Assembly (NCBI GenBank): GCA_963760345.1 | Contig: CAVXCU010000003.1 | Location: forward strand, 188,387-252,386 | Direction: 5' to 3' | Source of the DNA: an uncultured Alphaproteobacteria bacterium | GTDB lineage: Bacteria > Pseudomonadota > Alphaproteobacteria > Micropepsales > Micropepsaceae | DNA length: 64,000 nt | Shown here: one piece after another, positions 52,780 through 64,000 of the stretch | Layout: every line of letters starts with the position of its first letter | Numbering within the stretch: position 1 is the stretch's first letter | Position numbers and translations under genes: made by a program | The notes under the pieces: generated by a model | Seen by the model: only the letters and a program-made list of their open reading frames with translations | Databases searched by the model: none | Told to the model about the DNA's origin: nothing

Positions 52780-53634
52780 GTGACCAGGCGGACGATCGCG
52801 AACGAGATCGCTAGCGAGGGGATGGCGCTTCACGCGGGACGTATGATCCGCATGACGCTCGCCCCCGCTGCCGCCGGCGCTGGGATCGTGTTTCGCCGCA
52901 GCGACCTCTCGGATCGCGAAATCCCGGCGCATTACGACAAGGTCTCCGAGACCAGACTGGGCACTGTGATCGCCGACGGCTCCGGAGCAAGCGTCGGCGT
53001 CATCGAGCATTTGATGGCGGCGGTGGCGGGGGCGGGAATCGACGATCTCCTGGTGACGCTGGACGGACCGGAGCCGCCCATCTTCGACGGCGACGCACAG
53101 AGCTATCTTGTGCTTCTGAGGAACGCGGGTTTCCGGGAAACAGACGGCGACAAGCGGGCCATCAAGATCCTCAAGCGCGTGGATGTGAAGAACGGCGAGG
53201 CGAGCGCCGCGCTGGTTCCGGCGCCCGAGCTCGAATTCGATTTCGAGATTGTATTTTCTTCGCCGGTCATCGGCGAGCAGCGTCTGACGTGGCGCTTCTC
53301 GACGGAGGCGTTTGCGCGCGATATCGGACCCGCCCGCACGTTCGGATTTATCAAGGAGCTGGAAACCCTCAACAAGATGGGGCTCGCGCGCGGCGCCTCG
53401 CTCGAAAATACGCTGGCGATCGACGGCGACAAGGTCGTCAATTCGGATCTCATGCGGTTTCCGGACGAATTCGTGCGCCACAAGATTCTCGATGCGATCG
53501 GGGACATGGCGCTGGCGGGCGGGCCCATCGTGGGCCGGTTTGAAGGCCGCCGGTCGGGGCACGCGCTCAACAACGCGCTGTTGCGCGCGCTGTTCGCGGA
53601 CCCGGCCAATTACGAATTCATCACCCAGCGATAG
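52780..53634 (+). CDS. lpxC: UDP-3-O-acyl-GlcNAc deacetylase
   Basis: EHLMAA, ARTFGF, HKILD.IGD. Confidence 0.95.
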   Translation: MTRRTIANEIASEGMALHAGRMIRMTLAPAAAGAGIVFRRSDLSDREIPAHYDKVSETRLGTVIADGSGASVGVIEHLMAAVAGAGIDDLLVTLDGPEPPIFDGDAQSYLVLLRNAGFRETDGDKRAIKILKRVDVKNGEASAALVPAPELEFDFEIVFSSPVIGEQRLTWRFSTEAFARDIGPARTFGFIKELETLNKMGLARGASLENTLAIDGDKVVNSDLMRFPDEFVRHKILDAIGDMALAGGPIVGRFEGRRSGHALNNALLRALFADPANYEFITQR

Positions 53635-53637
53635 GCA

Positions 53638-54042
53638 TCAATCGCCGGCCGGCCGATGCGCCTTCTGGTCGTGCAACGCGCGCAGCAGCGTGGTCACCGC
53701 GGAACGCAAGGTCCCATCCTTGAGATCGAGGAAATTGCGTACGAGTTCGATCGCCGCGCGATTGTGTCCGCCATGGGGCAGGGGCGATCGACGCGCCGTG
53801 CCGTCGTAGCCATCGAAGAAATGGGCCAAATCGGCATTCAGGGCGTGGGCGATTTCGAACAGCCGCGCCGCGCTCACCCGGTTTGTGCCGGCCTCGTATT
53901 TCTGGACCTGCTGGTAGGAAATACCGAGCAAGCCCGCCAAATCCTCCTGGGTCAGGCCGAGTTCGGCGCGGCGCAGGCGGATGCGCCCGCCGATATGAAA
54001 GTCGACGCGGCCCTGTGCCGGCCTCCCGGTTGCCATCTGCAT
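53638..54042 (-). CDS. XRE-family HTH transcriptional regulator
   Basis: IGGRIRLRR, TQEDLA, QQVQKYE.G.NRVSA. Confidence 0.85.
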   Translation of the reverse strand: MQMATGRPAQGRVDFHIGGRIRLRRAELGLTQEDLAGLLGISYQQVQKYEAGTNRVSAARLFEIAHALNADLAHFFDGYDGTARRSPLPHGGHNRAAIELVRNFLDLKDGTLRSAVTTLLRALHDQKAHRPAGD

Positions 54043-54301
54043 CCCCGAAACGCGTATTCGCCTGCCGTCTTACGCTGAAGGGTTGTGTGCCGGATCACCG
54101 GCCCGGCGCGATCGTTTCCGGAACCTGTCTTCAATTTATGGTTGCCGGGTCGGGTAAGCCCCGGCACCGGCGACGTTTTTCGGCTCCGCCGGCCTGTACG
54201 GCCGCCATCACGGGGCTGGACCGCGCTTCCCGGTGAATGGCATAAGAAGCCCCGATGAGTGCGCCCGCCGAACGGGCCATCCCCGCAACACGGACGAACC
54301 G

Positions 54302-55186
54302 ATGCCCCTGGACGAGATTTCGAAGCCGGCTGCTTTGCTGGGACCGGGCGTTCGCCGCGCCTTTCGCCTGAGCGGGTTCGCGGCGGTACTGCTTGGGGCC
54401 TCGCTCCTGGCCGGGTGCGCCTGGTTCAACAGAGGTTCCGACGACAAGGCGGCCGATTATGTCGAACGCCCGGTCGAGCAGATTTATGCCGATGCCTGGT
54501 TGAAAATCGACAGTCAGGATTGGCTCCAGGCTGCCAAGCAATTCGACGAAGTCGAGCGCCAGCACCCCTATTCGGTCTGGGCGCGCCGCGCGATGCTGAT
54601 GTCGGCCTTCTGCTATTACCAGGCCAACAAATACACCGACGCGATCAGCACGGCCGACCAGTACATCCAGCTCCATCCGGGCAGCCATGAAGTCGCCTAT
54701 GCCTTCTATCTCAAAGCCATGTCGCTCTACGAGCAGATCACCGATGTGGGCCGCGATCAAAGCAACACCGAACAGGCGCTGACCGCCCTGCAAGACGTTG
54801 TCCAGCGCTTCCCGAATACGGAATATGCCCGCGACGCGAGCCTCAAGGTCGACCTGACGCTCGACCATCTGGCCGGCAAGGAGATGGAAGTCGGCCGTTA
54901 CTATCTCTATCGCCGCGAATATATCGGCGCGATCAACCGGTTCCGCACCGTCGTCGAGCGCTACCAGAAGACGGCGCAGATCGCCGAAGCGCTGGAGCGG
55001 CTTACCGAGGCGTATTATGCGCTGGGCATCTTCGACGAAGCCCAGACGGCCGCCGCCGTGCTCGGCGCGAATTATCCGGGCAGTCCGTGGTATAAGGATT
55101 CGTACGATCTGCTGATGAGCCACAATTTGAAGCCCCAAGAGAACAAAGGTTCCTGGATCAGCAGGGCGTTTTCGAGTCCGCTTTGA
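54302..55186 (+). CDS. bamD: Outer membrane assembly lipoprotein BamD
   Basis: Lipobox LAGC, HPYS.WA, RDQ, KEMEVGRYY. Confidence 0.93.
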   Translation: MPLDEISKPAALLGPGVRRAFRLSGFAAVLLGASLLAGCAWFNRGSDDKAADYVERPVEQIYADAWLKIDSQDWLQAAKQFDEVERQHPYSVWARRAMLMSAFCYYQANKYTDAISTADQYIQLHPGSHEVAYAFYLKAMSLYEQITDVGRDQSNTEQALTALQDVVQRFPNTEYARDASLKVDLTLDHLAGKEMEVGRYYLYRREYIGAINRFRTVVERYQKTAQIAEALERLTEAYYALGIFDEAQTAAAVLGANYPGSPWYKDSYDLLMSHNLKPQENKGSWISRAFSSPL

Positions 55187-55196
55187 TGCCCGGCCT

Positions 55197-56885
55197 ATGC
55201 TCGCGACGCTGAAGGTCCGCGATCTCGTTCTTATCGAGGATGTGACGCTCGATTTCACATCCGGCCTGAACGTGCTCACGGGCGAAACGGGCGCGGGCAA
55301 ATCCATTCTTCTCGATGCGCTGGGCCTGGCGGCCGGCGCGCGTGCGGGCGCCCGGTCGAGCGTGCGCAGTGGCGCGCAGCAAGGCTCGTCCGTCGCCATT
55401 TTTGAGCCGGCGCGGGACCATGCCGTGCGAGCGCTGATCGGCGAAAACGGAATTCCGTCCGAAAACGAGATCATCCTGCGCCGCACGATTTCGGCGGATG
55501 GCCGCACCCGCGCCTTCGTCAACGACGAACCGGTCGGCGTGGCGCTGCTGCGCGACGTCGGCTCGCTCATGGTGGAAATCCACGGTCAGACAGACGACCG
55601 GGGGTTCTTCGACACCGGCACGCATCGGCTGCTGCTGGATGCGTTCGGCGGTCATGACGCACTCCTGGCGGAGACCGCCCGGCGCTTCGCCGCGCTGGAA
55701 CGCGCGCGCGCCGAGGCGGATGCGATCCGCCGGGCTGCGGCAACGAATGCGGCCGACGCGGATTATCTGCGGCATGCCGCCGATGAACTTTCCGCCCTGT
55801 CGCCGGAACCCGGTGAGGAAGCCCGGCTCGCCTCCGAGCGCGCCCTGATGATGAATGCCGGCCGCATCGCCGAGGACGTCTCGGCGGCCGTCGATGCGCT
55901 TGCGGGCGACACCCGCGCCGAAGCATCGCTTGCCGCGGCGTTGAAGCGGCTCGTCCGCCTGAAGGACGAAGCGCGGCGGCGCACGGCGTCCGCCGAGGCG
56001 GCGCTTGAGCAGGCGTTCGCGCTGACCGGGGAAGCGCGGCGCGAACTCGAATCGCTCCTGTCGCAACTGGAAGCCGATCCGGCCGAGCTGGAACGCAAGG
56101 AAGAGCGCCTGTTTGCGCTGCGTGCCGCCGCCCGCAAATACGGCGTGACGGTCGAGGCTCTGCCGCAGGCGCTGGCCGAATTCCAAGGCAAGCTCGACGC
56201 GATCGAGACGGGCGACGAGAGATTGAAATCGGCTGTGGCCGAAGTCGCACGGGCCAGGAGCGATTATCTCGATGCGGCGCGCAAATTGTCGGAGGCCCGC
56301 AAAGCGGCCGCGCAGAGGTTGGAGAAGGCGGTCGCCGGCGAATTGTCGCCGCTGAAGCTCGGCCATGCGAAGTTTCGCGTGGCTTTCGAACCTCTGGGCG
56401 AAGAAGGCAATGCAGCCGGCCTCGAACGGATCGGCTTCGAAGTGGCGACCGTCGAAGGCGCGCCGTTCGGCCCGCTGGTGAGGATCGCCTCGGGTGGGGA
56501 GTTGGCGCGTTTTTCCCTAGCGTTCAAAGTGGCGCTGGCCGAAGCGAGCCCACCTGCAGCGCTGGTATTCGATGAGGTCGACCGCGGCGTAGGTGGTGCT
56601 GTTGCGGACGCCGTCGGCGAACGTCTGCAGCGTGTCGCACGGTCAACGCAAATTTTGCTGGTGACGCATTCCCCGCAAGTGGCCGCGCGCGCGGCGCGTC
56701 ATTTCCGCATTGCGCGCAAGGGCAACCGCATGCGCGTCGAGCTGTTGTCGGACGAAGACCGGATCGAGGAGATCGCCCGCATGCTGTCCGGCGCCGCCGT
56801 GACCGCAGAAGCCCGCGCCGCGGCGCGCCGCCTCCTCGATGAAGCGCAGGACGTCCCGAAAAAGCCGGCGAGGAAGCGCGCATGA
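55197..56885 (+). CDS. recN: DNA repair protein RecN
   Basis: TGETGAGKS, IHGQ, ASGGE, FDEVD, THSPQVA. Confidence 0.95.
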   Translation: MLATLKVRDLVLIEDVTLDFTSGLNVLTGETGAGKSILLDALGLAAGARAGARSSVRSGAQQGSSVAIFEPARDHAVRALIGENGIPSENEIILRRTISADGRTRAFVNDEPVGVALLRDVGSLMVEIHGQTDDRGFFDTGTHRLLLDAFGGHDALLAETARRFAALERARAEADAIRRAAATNAADADYLRHAADELSALSPEPGEEARLASERALMMNAGRIAEDVSAAVDALAGDTRAEASLAAALKRLVRLKDEARRRTASAEAALEQAFALTGEARRELESLLSQLEADPAELERKEERLFALRAAARKYGVTVEALPQALAEFQGKLDAIETGDERLKSAVAEVARARSDYLDAARKLSEARKAAAQRLEKAVAGELSPLKLGHAKFRVAFEPLGEEGNAAGLERIGFEVATVEGAPFGPLVRIASGGELARFSLAFKVALAEASPPAALVFDEVDRGVGGAVADAVGERLQRVARSTQILLVTHSPQVAARAARHFRIARKGNRMRVELLSDEDRIEEIARMLSGAAVTAEARAAARRLLDEAQDVPKKPARKRA

Positions 56886-56901
56886 CGGCGCTGTTTTTTC
56901 T

Positions 56902-59324
<2,423 letters not shown>

Positions 59325-59365
59325 AGCGTCTTCGGGAAGACTCTCGATGGCAAGCAGTCTTGCGC

Positions 59366-59725
59366 TTAAAGCAGATGCTCTTCGCAGCGCCAGTTCGTCG
59401 TATTGCCCACGGAATTGCACCACACCGTGCGCAATTGCGGCCAGGACGGAATGTAGTGGTAGCCGATGGAGCCGTCATAAGGCTCGTATTTGAGCGCGGT
59501 GAAGCTGGGTATGGCGGGCAAATAGGCCGGGACCAGCATGTCCAGATTGCCCGGAAACGTCCCCTTGTCGCGGCGATAGGTCTGCAGCGCATCGATCACC
59601 GTATTCGCCGCGCGCCGCTGGTCCATGCCATAGGGATCCTGACCGATGGGCCAGACGGTGCAGCCGGCGAGACCTGCGAAGAGCGCCGCGATGACCAAAT
59701 TACGCAATACCTTCACCTGCGCCAT
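59366..59725 (-). CDS. Hypothetical lipoprotein
   Basis: RBS AAGGA; lipobox LAGC; two C-terminal Cys. Confidence 0.75.
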   Translation of the reverse strand: MAQVKVLRNLVIAALFAGLAGCTVWPIGQDPYGMDQRRAANTVIDALQTYRRDKGTFPGNLDMLVPAYLPAIPSFTALKYEPYDGSIGYHYIPSWPQLRTVWCNSVGNTTNWRCEEHLL

Positions 59726-59841
59726 TCCTTAACTGAAATATCGAGCCAAATCTTGCAGCAAAAACACGATATTGTCATCCCCGGCGAGCTGCGAGTGAAC
59801 GCAGCGAGGGAAGAGGACGCCCGTGGGCAAGCAATACTGGC

Positions 59842-60186
59842 TCATGCAGGCATTGTGTGAGTATCGGTCGCCAGCTTGCGCGGACGTACGTTCACGGTGA
59901 TGTCCAATTCGCGGCCCAAACGGCTGAGAATTGTCATCAGGCGATCCACCGTAAACCGTCCGAGATCGGCACTACGCAGTCGCGAAAAATCCGCCGCAGC
60001 AATCCCCGTTATGATTTCAGCTTTGCGGACGGTAAGGCTGCGTTCGCCGAGCGTACGAACGATTTCGGCTGCAAGCAGCGCCTTGAGCTGCCGCAGTTCT
60101 GCATCCGGTCTGCCAAGATCGCGGAATATGTTACCGCTGCCCTTGACCGTTTCGATTTTGGCGGGCTTGCGTTTGGCTACGGTCAC
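59842..60186 (-). CDS. HigA-like XRE antitoxin
   Basis: GTG overlapping toxin TGA; GSGNIFRDLG, ADFSRLR, FTVDRL. Confidence 0.85.
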   Translation of the reverse strand: MTVAKRKPAKIETVKGSGNIFRDLGRPDAELRQLKALLAAEIVRTLGERSLTVRKAEIITGIAAADFSRLRSADLGRFTVDRLMTILSRLGRELDITVNVRPRKLATDTHTMPA

Positions 60187-60530
60187 GGCAATTGCTCCTT
60201 CAATCGTTTGATGCGTTCCCTGACGAGGTCGATGTCCCGCTTTGGCGTTGCAATGCCCTTCTTCGACTTCTTCTGGAACACATGAACAATCCAAATGTCG
60301 TCGCCGAGCTGCAAGGCGTAAACCACGCGATAGGCATCGCCCCGCGATTTTATCGCCAATTCCCAGACGCCACTTCCGAAACCAGTAAGCGGCTTCGCAA
60401 TATCGGGCGTTGCCCCTTCAGCAATCATCGTCAGCGCGGCGGTAGCCCGGTCCTGCGCGTCCTGAGGAAAATCCCGGAAATCCTTTAGCGCGGCCTTTAT
60501 CCAACCGATTTTCCGCGTGTTCCGGACCAT
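60183..60530 (-). CDS. RelE/HigB (Gp49-like) toxin
   Basis: KPL.GFGSGVWEL, YRVVY, HVFQKKS..GIATP. Confidence 0.88.
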   Translation of the reverse strand: MVRNTRKIGWIKAALKDFRDFPQDAQDRATAALTMIAEGATPDIAKPLTGFGSGVWELAIKSRGDAYRVVYALQLGDDIWIVHVFQKKSKKGIATPKRDIDLVRERIKRLKEQLP

Positions 60531-60541
60531 CCAAGCCTCTA

Positions 60542-60561
60542 TGTAGTCAAATATGACAACA
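60542..60561. promoter_or_regulatory. Probable TA autoregulatory operator
   Basis: Imperfect palindrome TGTAGTCA-AATA-TGACAACA just upstream of the toxin ATG. Confidence 0.55.
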
Positions 60562-60633
60562 AATGCAAGGGGGGAGTTACGCGCCAGTTTACGCGACACG
60601 ACGGGGATGACAGAAATTGGCGCGTTGTAGAAA

Positions 60634-61644
60634 TCACCCGCTCAACGCTTTCGCGAGGATCGGCAGGCTTTTGTCCATGCGGTAATCGACGGCGGTGTGA
60701 TCGTCCGGGAATTCCTCATAGATGTGCGGAACGCCGAGAGTTTCCAGCGCGCGATGCAGCCGCCGTGCACCATAGACGAGATTGTACTGATCGACGTCGC
60801 CGCAGTCGATGTAGACCGCTTTCGACTTCTTGAGGCCTGCGCCCCTGGTTTGTACGAGCGTGAGCGGGTCCCAGGCCTGGAAGTTCTTCCAGCGCTCGGC
60901 GATCAATTCGCAGGTTTCGGGATCGACCGGCAGCCGCAAGCCATAGGGCGCGCCCGGGTCGGGATCGTAGGTTGCGCACATCGCCAAAGTCATCAGATCG
61001 TGAATCTGGCTATCCTTGGTCTTGGGCGCCGCCCAGAATTCGTCGACCCATTTCTTGATCGAGCCGCCCTGCTTGGCGAGTGCGCGCAACAGCCGCGGAA
61101 ATTCGGGCAGATAGCAAAGCTCGAAACAGACATCGCCGGAATGGCACGCCGACGCGCTCCAGAAATCGGGATAGAGGAGCGCATGCACCATCGCGCCGTA
61201 GCCGCCGGAACTCTTGCCGAACACGCCGCGGCGACCCGCGCCGCCGCAACGGAATTTCTTTTCCACGAACGGCACGGCTTCCTGCAGCAGGAAATCGGCC
61301 CAGGGGCCGATCGCCGCGCTGTTGATGTATTGGTTGCCGCCGAGCCTGGTGAAACAGTCGGGGAACGCCACCACGCAGGGCGGCATGGCGCCCGAGGCGA
61401 TCAGGCGGTCGAGCCGCTCGGGCACGTTCTCGGCGAAGTTCTTCCAGTTGGTATGCGCCGGGCCACCGGCCGTGAAGCCGACAAGATCGACCAGCAGCGG
61501 CAAATCCGCACCCGTATGGCCCACAGGGACATACACATCGATGACGCGCGCGGCCGGGTCGCCCAGAAGATTGGCCTTGAGCAATTCGCTGTTCAGCACG
61601 AGCCGATGCACATGGCCGGCAGGCGCTACGGGATCGCGTTTCAT
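60634..61644 (-). CDS. Alpha/beta hydrolase (enterochelin-esterase-like)
   Basis: GKSSGG nucleophile elbow, GGNQY.NS, YEEF.DDH. Confidence 0.85.
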   Translation of the reverse strand: MKRDPVAPAGHVHRLVLNSELLKANLLGDPAARVIDVYVPVGHTGADLPLLVDLVGFTAGGPAHTNWKNFAENVPERLDRLIASGAMPPCVVAFPDCFTRLGGNQYINSAAIGPWADFLLQEAVPFVEKKFRCGGAGRRGVFGKSSGGYGAMVHALLYPDFWSASACHSGDVCFELCYLPEFPRLLRALAKQGGSIKKWVDEFWAAPKTKDSQIHDLMTLAMCATYDPDPGAPYGLRLPVDPETCELIAERWKNFQAWDPLTLVQTRGAGLKKSKAVYIDCGDVDQYNLVYGARRLHRALETLGVPHIYEEFPDDHTAVDYRMDKSLPILAKALSG

Positions 61645-61648
61645 GGGC

Positions 61649-63475
61649 TCAAATCGCCCGTGTCGCGTGGGCGAGCCACGCACGCGTCTCGTCGTCGACG
61701 TGCGGCGACAGCACCTCGTGCACGCGGGCGTGATAGGCGTTGAGCCACTGGCGCTCTTCGGCGGTCAGCAGCTTCGGCTCGACCAGCTCGAGATCGATGG
61801 GCGCCAGCGTGATGGTCTCGAAGCTCATCATTCCCCGGTCGCCGCCTTTGACCTGCTCCGGCTCGCCGACGACGATCAGGTTCTCGATGCGGATGCCGTA
61901 TTCGCCCGCCTTGTAATAGCCGGGCTCGTTGGAGCAGATCATGCCCGGTTTGAGCGCCTGCGTGATCGGACGCTTGGAGATGTTCTGCGGTCCCTCATGC
62001 ACCGACAGATAACTGCCGACGCCGTGCCCGGTGCCGTGGTCGTAATCGAGGCCGGCGTCCCAGAGCGGCTTGCGCGCGAGCGCATCGAGCGCGGCGCCCG
62101 TCGTGCCTTCCGGGAAGCGCACCATGGCCAGCGCGATATGTCCCTTGAGCACCCGCGTGAAACGGTCGCGCATTTCCGAAGTGGGTTCGCCCACGATCAT
62201 CGTGCGCGTCACGTCCGTCGTGCCGTCGGGATATTGGCCGCCGGAATCGATCAGGAAGATTTCGTTGCGGTTGATCTTGCGGTTGGTCGAGCGCGACACG
62301 CGGTAATGCGGGATCGCCGCGTGGGGCGCCGCGCCCGAAATGGAATCGAAGCTCAGATCGGACAATGAACCCGTCGCGCGGCGATAGCCTTCCAGCGCTT
62401 CCGCCGCTTCGATCTCCGTCAGATGGCCGCCGGGTGCTTCGCGCGCGATCCAGGCGAGGAAGCGGGTCAATGCCGCGCCGTCACGAATATGGGCCTTGCG
62501 CGCGCCTTCGATCTCGACGGGGTTCTTGCACGCTTTGGGCAATTGGCAGGGATCGCCGCTGCGCTTCACCTTCGCGCCGGCCGCGGTCAGCCGGTCGAAG
62601 ATCGCCGAAGCCCCGCTCGCGGGATCGACGAGCACGGTCTTGCCTTTGAGGCTGTCGAGCGCGGGCGAAAAATCCTTCGGCTCGCGCAGCCGCACGGCAT
62701 TGCCCAGATGCTGCACCAGTTCGGGCGAGCTTTTGCGCGAATCCATGAACAGATCGGTCGAGCCGTCAGCGTTCAGGATGGCGAACGAGAGCACAAAGGG
62801 CGTGTGGGGCACATCGCCGCCGCGGATATTGAGCAGCCAGCAAATGGAATCCGGCAAGGTGATGACGGCCGCGTCGGCGCCGCTTTTCTTGACCTCTTCG
62901 GCGATGCGGGTGCGCTTCGATTCCGCGCTTTCGCCGGCCAGAGCGAGACCGTGCGGAACGGCCTTGGCGAGCGGAGGCCCCGGCTGGTCGGTCCACACCG
63001 CGTCGATGGGGTTCGATTTGCAGGCGATCATTTCGGCGCCCGCCCGCTCGGCGGAAATGCGCAGGCCTTCCAGCGCAGCGATGGTGTGCAGCCAGGGATC
63101 GTAGCCGATCCGCGCGCCCTTGGGCGCAATGGCCTCGATCCAGGCCGCTGGCCCCTCGGCGACCAGATCGCGGGGCTCGAAAAGCTTGGTGTCGGTCTGC
63201 TGGCGCACCTGGAGCGTGTAGCGGCCGTCCACGAAGACGGCCGCCTTGCCTTTGAGCACGACGGCCGCGCCGGCCGAGCCGGTGAAGGCGGTCAGCCAGG
63301 CGAGCCGTTCGGCCCGTTTGGGCACATATTCGCCCTGGTGCTCGTCGGCCCGCGGCACAAGGAATCCGTCGACCTCCTGTCTGGCGAGTTCGTTTCGGAG
63401 GGCCGCCAATCGGGGCGCACAGGTCGCGGCATCGGATTGGTCGTCGAAAGTCTGGAAGGGGGCTGTTTTGTCCAT
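61649..63475 (-). CDS. Aminopeptidase P family (M24B) protein
   Basis: D.HQGEY, DSGGQY.DGTTD, HGTGHG, VHEGP, SNEPGYY, GIRIEN. Confidence 0.93.
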   Translation of the reverse strand: MDKTAPFQTFDDQSDAATCAPRLAALRNELARQEVDGFLVPRADEHQGEYVPKRAERLAWLTAFTGSAGAAVVLKGKAAVFVDGRYTLQVRQQTDTKLFEPRDLVAEGPAAWIEAIAPKGARIGYDPWLHTIAALEGLRISAERAGAEMIACKSNPIDAVWTDQPGPPLAKAVPHGLALAGESAESKRTRIAEEVKKSGADAAVITLPDSICWLLNIRGGDVPHTPFVLSFAILNADGSTDLFMDSRKSSPELVQHLGNAVRLREPKDFSPALDSLKGKTVLVDPASGASAIFDRLTAAGAKVKRSGDPCQLPKACKNPVEIEGARKAHIRDGAALTRFLAWIAREAPGGHLTEIEAAEALEGYRRATGSLSDLSFDSISGAAPHAAIPHYRVSRSTNRKINRNEIFLIDSGGQYPDGTTDVTRTMIVGEPTSEMRDRFTRVLKGHIALAMVRFPEGTTGAALDALARKPLWDAGLDYDHGTGHGVGSYLSVHEGPQNISKRPITQALKPGMICSNEPGYYKAGEYGIRIENLIVVGEPEQVKGGDRGMMSFETITLAPIDLELVEPKLLTAEERQWLNAYHARVHEVLSPHVDDETRAWLAHATRAI

Positions 63476-63484
63476 GGGCGGACG

Positions 63485-64000
63485 TTAGCGCCGCGCCCGC
63501 GGCCCCTCAAGCACAAGCGCCGACCAGGGCCCGTCGCGCCGCGTTTCGCGCAGAACGAGTCCATGCGGCCGATAGAAGCCGAGCACCAGATTTTCCTGCC
63601 AGCGGAGCAGGCCGGACAGCACAAGAACCCCGCCCTTCGCCAGCCCGCGGGCGATCTCCGGGGCGAGCCGCGTGAGCGGTCCGGCCAGGATATTGGCGAC
63701 GATGAGGTCGTAAGGCCGGCCCGCGGCCAGCGCAGGGCTGTTCAGACCATCGGAAACGGTCGCCCGGACGAGGGGCGCCACGCCATTGGCGGCGGCGTTG
63801 CCGCGGCTGACCTCAATCGCCACCGGATCGATGTCGGATGCACATACGCGTTTTCGCCACAGCTTTGCCGCGCCGATGGCGAGCAAACCTGTGCCGCATC
63901 CCAGATCGAGCACGCGGGCGAACTGCCGCCGCCTGGCGAGGTCGCTCAGGACCGAAAGGCACAGCGCGGTGGTCTCGTGATGGCCGGTGCCGAATGCAAG
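63485..64000 (-). CDS. prmA: Ribosomal protein L11 methyltransferase, 5'-truncated by window edge
   Basis: FGTGHHETT, LDLGCGTG.LAI, ANILAGPL, LSGLL. Confidence 0.9.
   Translation of the reverse strand, partial: LAFGTGHHETTALCLSVLSDLARRRQFARVLDLGCGTGLLAIGAAKLWRKRVCASDIDPVAIEVSRGNAAANGVAPLVRATVSDGLNSPALAAGRPYDLIVANILAGPLTRLAPEIARGLAKGGVLVLSGLLRWQENLVLGFYRPHGLVLRETRRDGPWSALVLEGPRARR

Larger units (their letters stand above)
59773..60612. mobile_element. REP-like inverted-repeat pair enclosing a TA module
   Basis: TGTCATCCCCGGCG (59773-59786) vs CGACGGGGATGACA (60599-60612), 13/14 inverted match. Confidence 0.5.

Overview
High-GC alphaproteobacterial chromosome segment; the taxon is inferred from dcw gene order and protein style and is not confirmed. 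1-23.8 kb is a surface-polysaccharide island: GT4s, an SLBB/KpsD-like exporter, YjbH/YjbF (GfcD/GfcB), WbpA/B/D-like nucleotide-sugar genes, KpsM/T/E, a sulfotransferase, a deacetylase, a heparinase II/III-like lyase and a methyltransferase. 24-34 kb holds an FHA/GLUG exoprotein, a complete class IIC group II intron inserted in its terminator, a DUF4337 protein, a second methyltransferase, two paralogous GYG K+ channels and a TrmO-like gene. 34.6-59.3 kb is the core mraZ-ftsZ-lpxC-bamD-recN-ligA region, followed by a lipoprotein, a HigBA-type TA module, an esterase, aminopeptidase P and partial prmA. Many 1-nt frameshifts in essential genes point to long-read consensus errors, so single-base conclusions need read support. 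The most unusual signals are: a KpsT-like ATPase with degenerate catalytic motifs next to a shortened KpsE; a deacetylase/sulfotransferase/lyase set suggesting a sulfated glycosaminoglycan-like capsule; twin K+ channels with degenerate cNMP pockets, one ending in an IS3 OrfA-like zipper; and a TA module enclosed by REP-like inverted repeats. All family assignments come from motifs recognised by eye; no searches were run.
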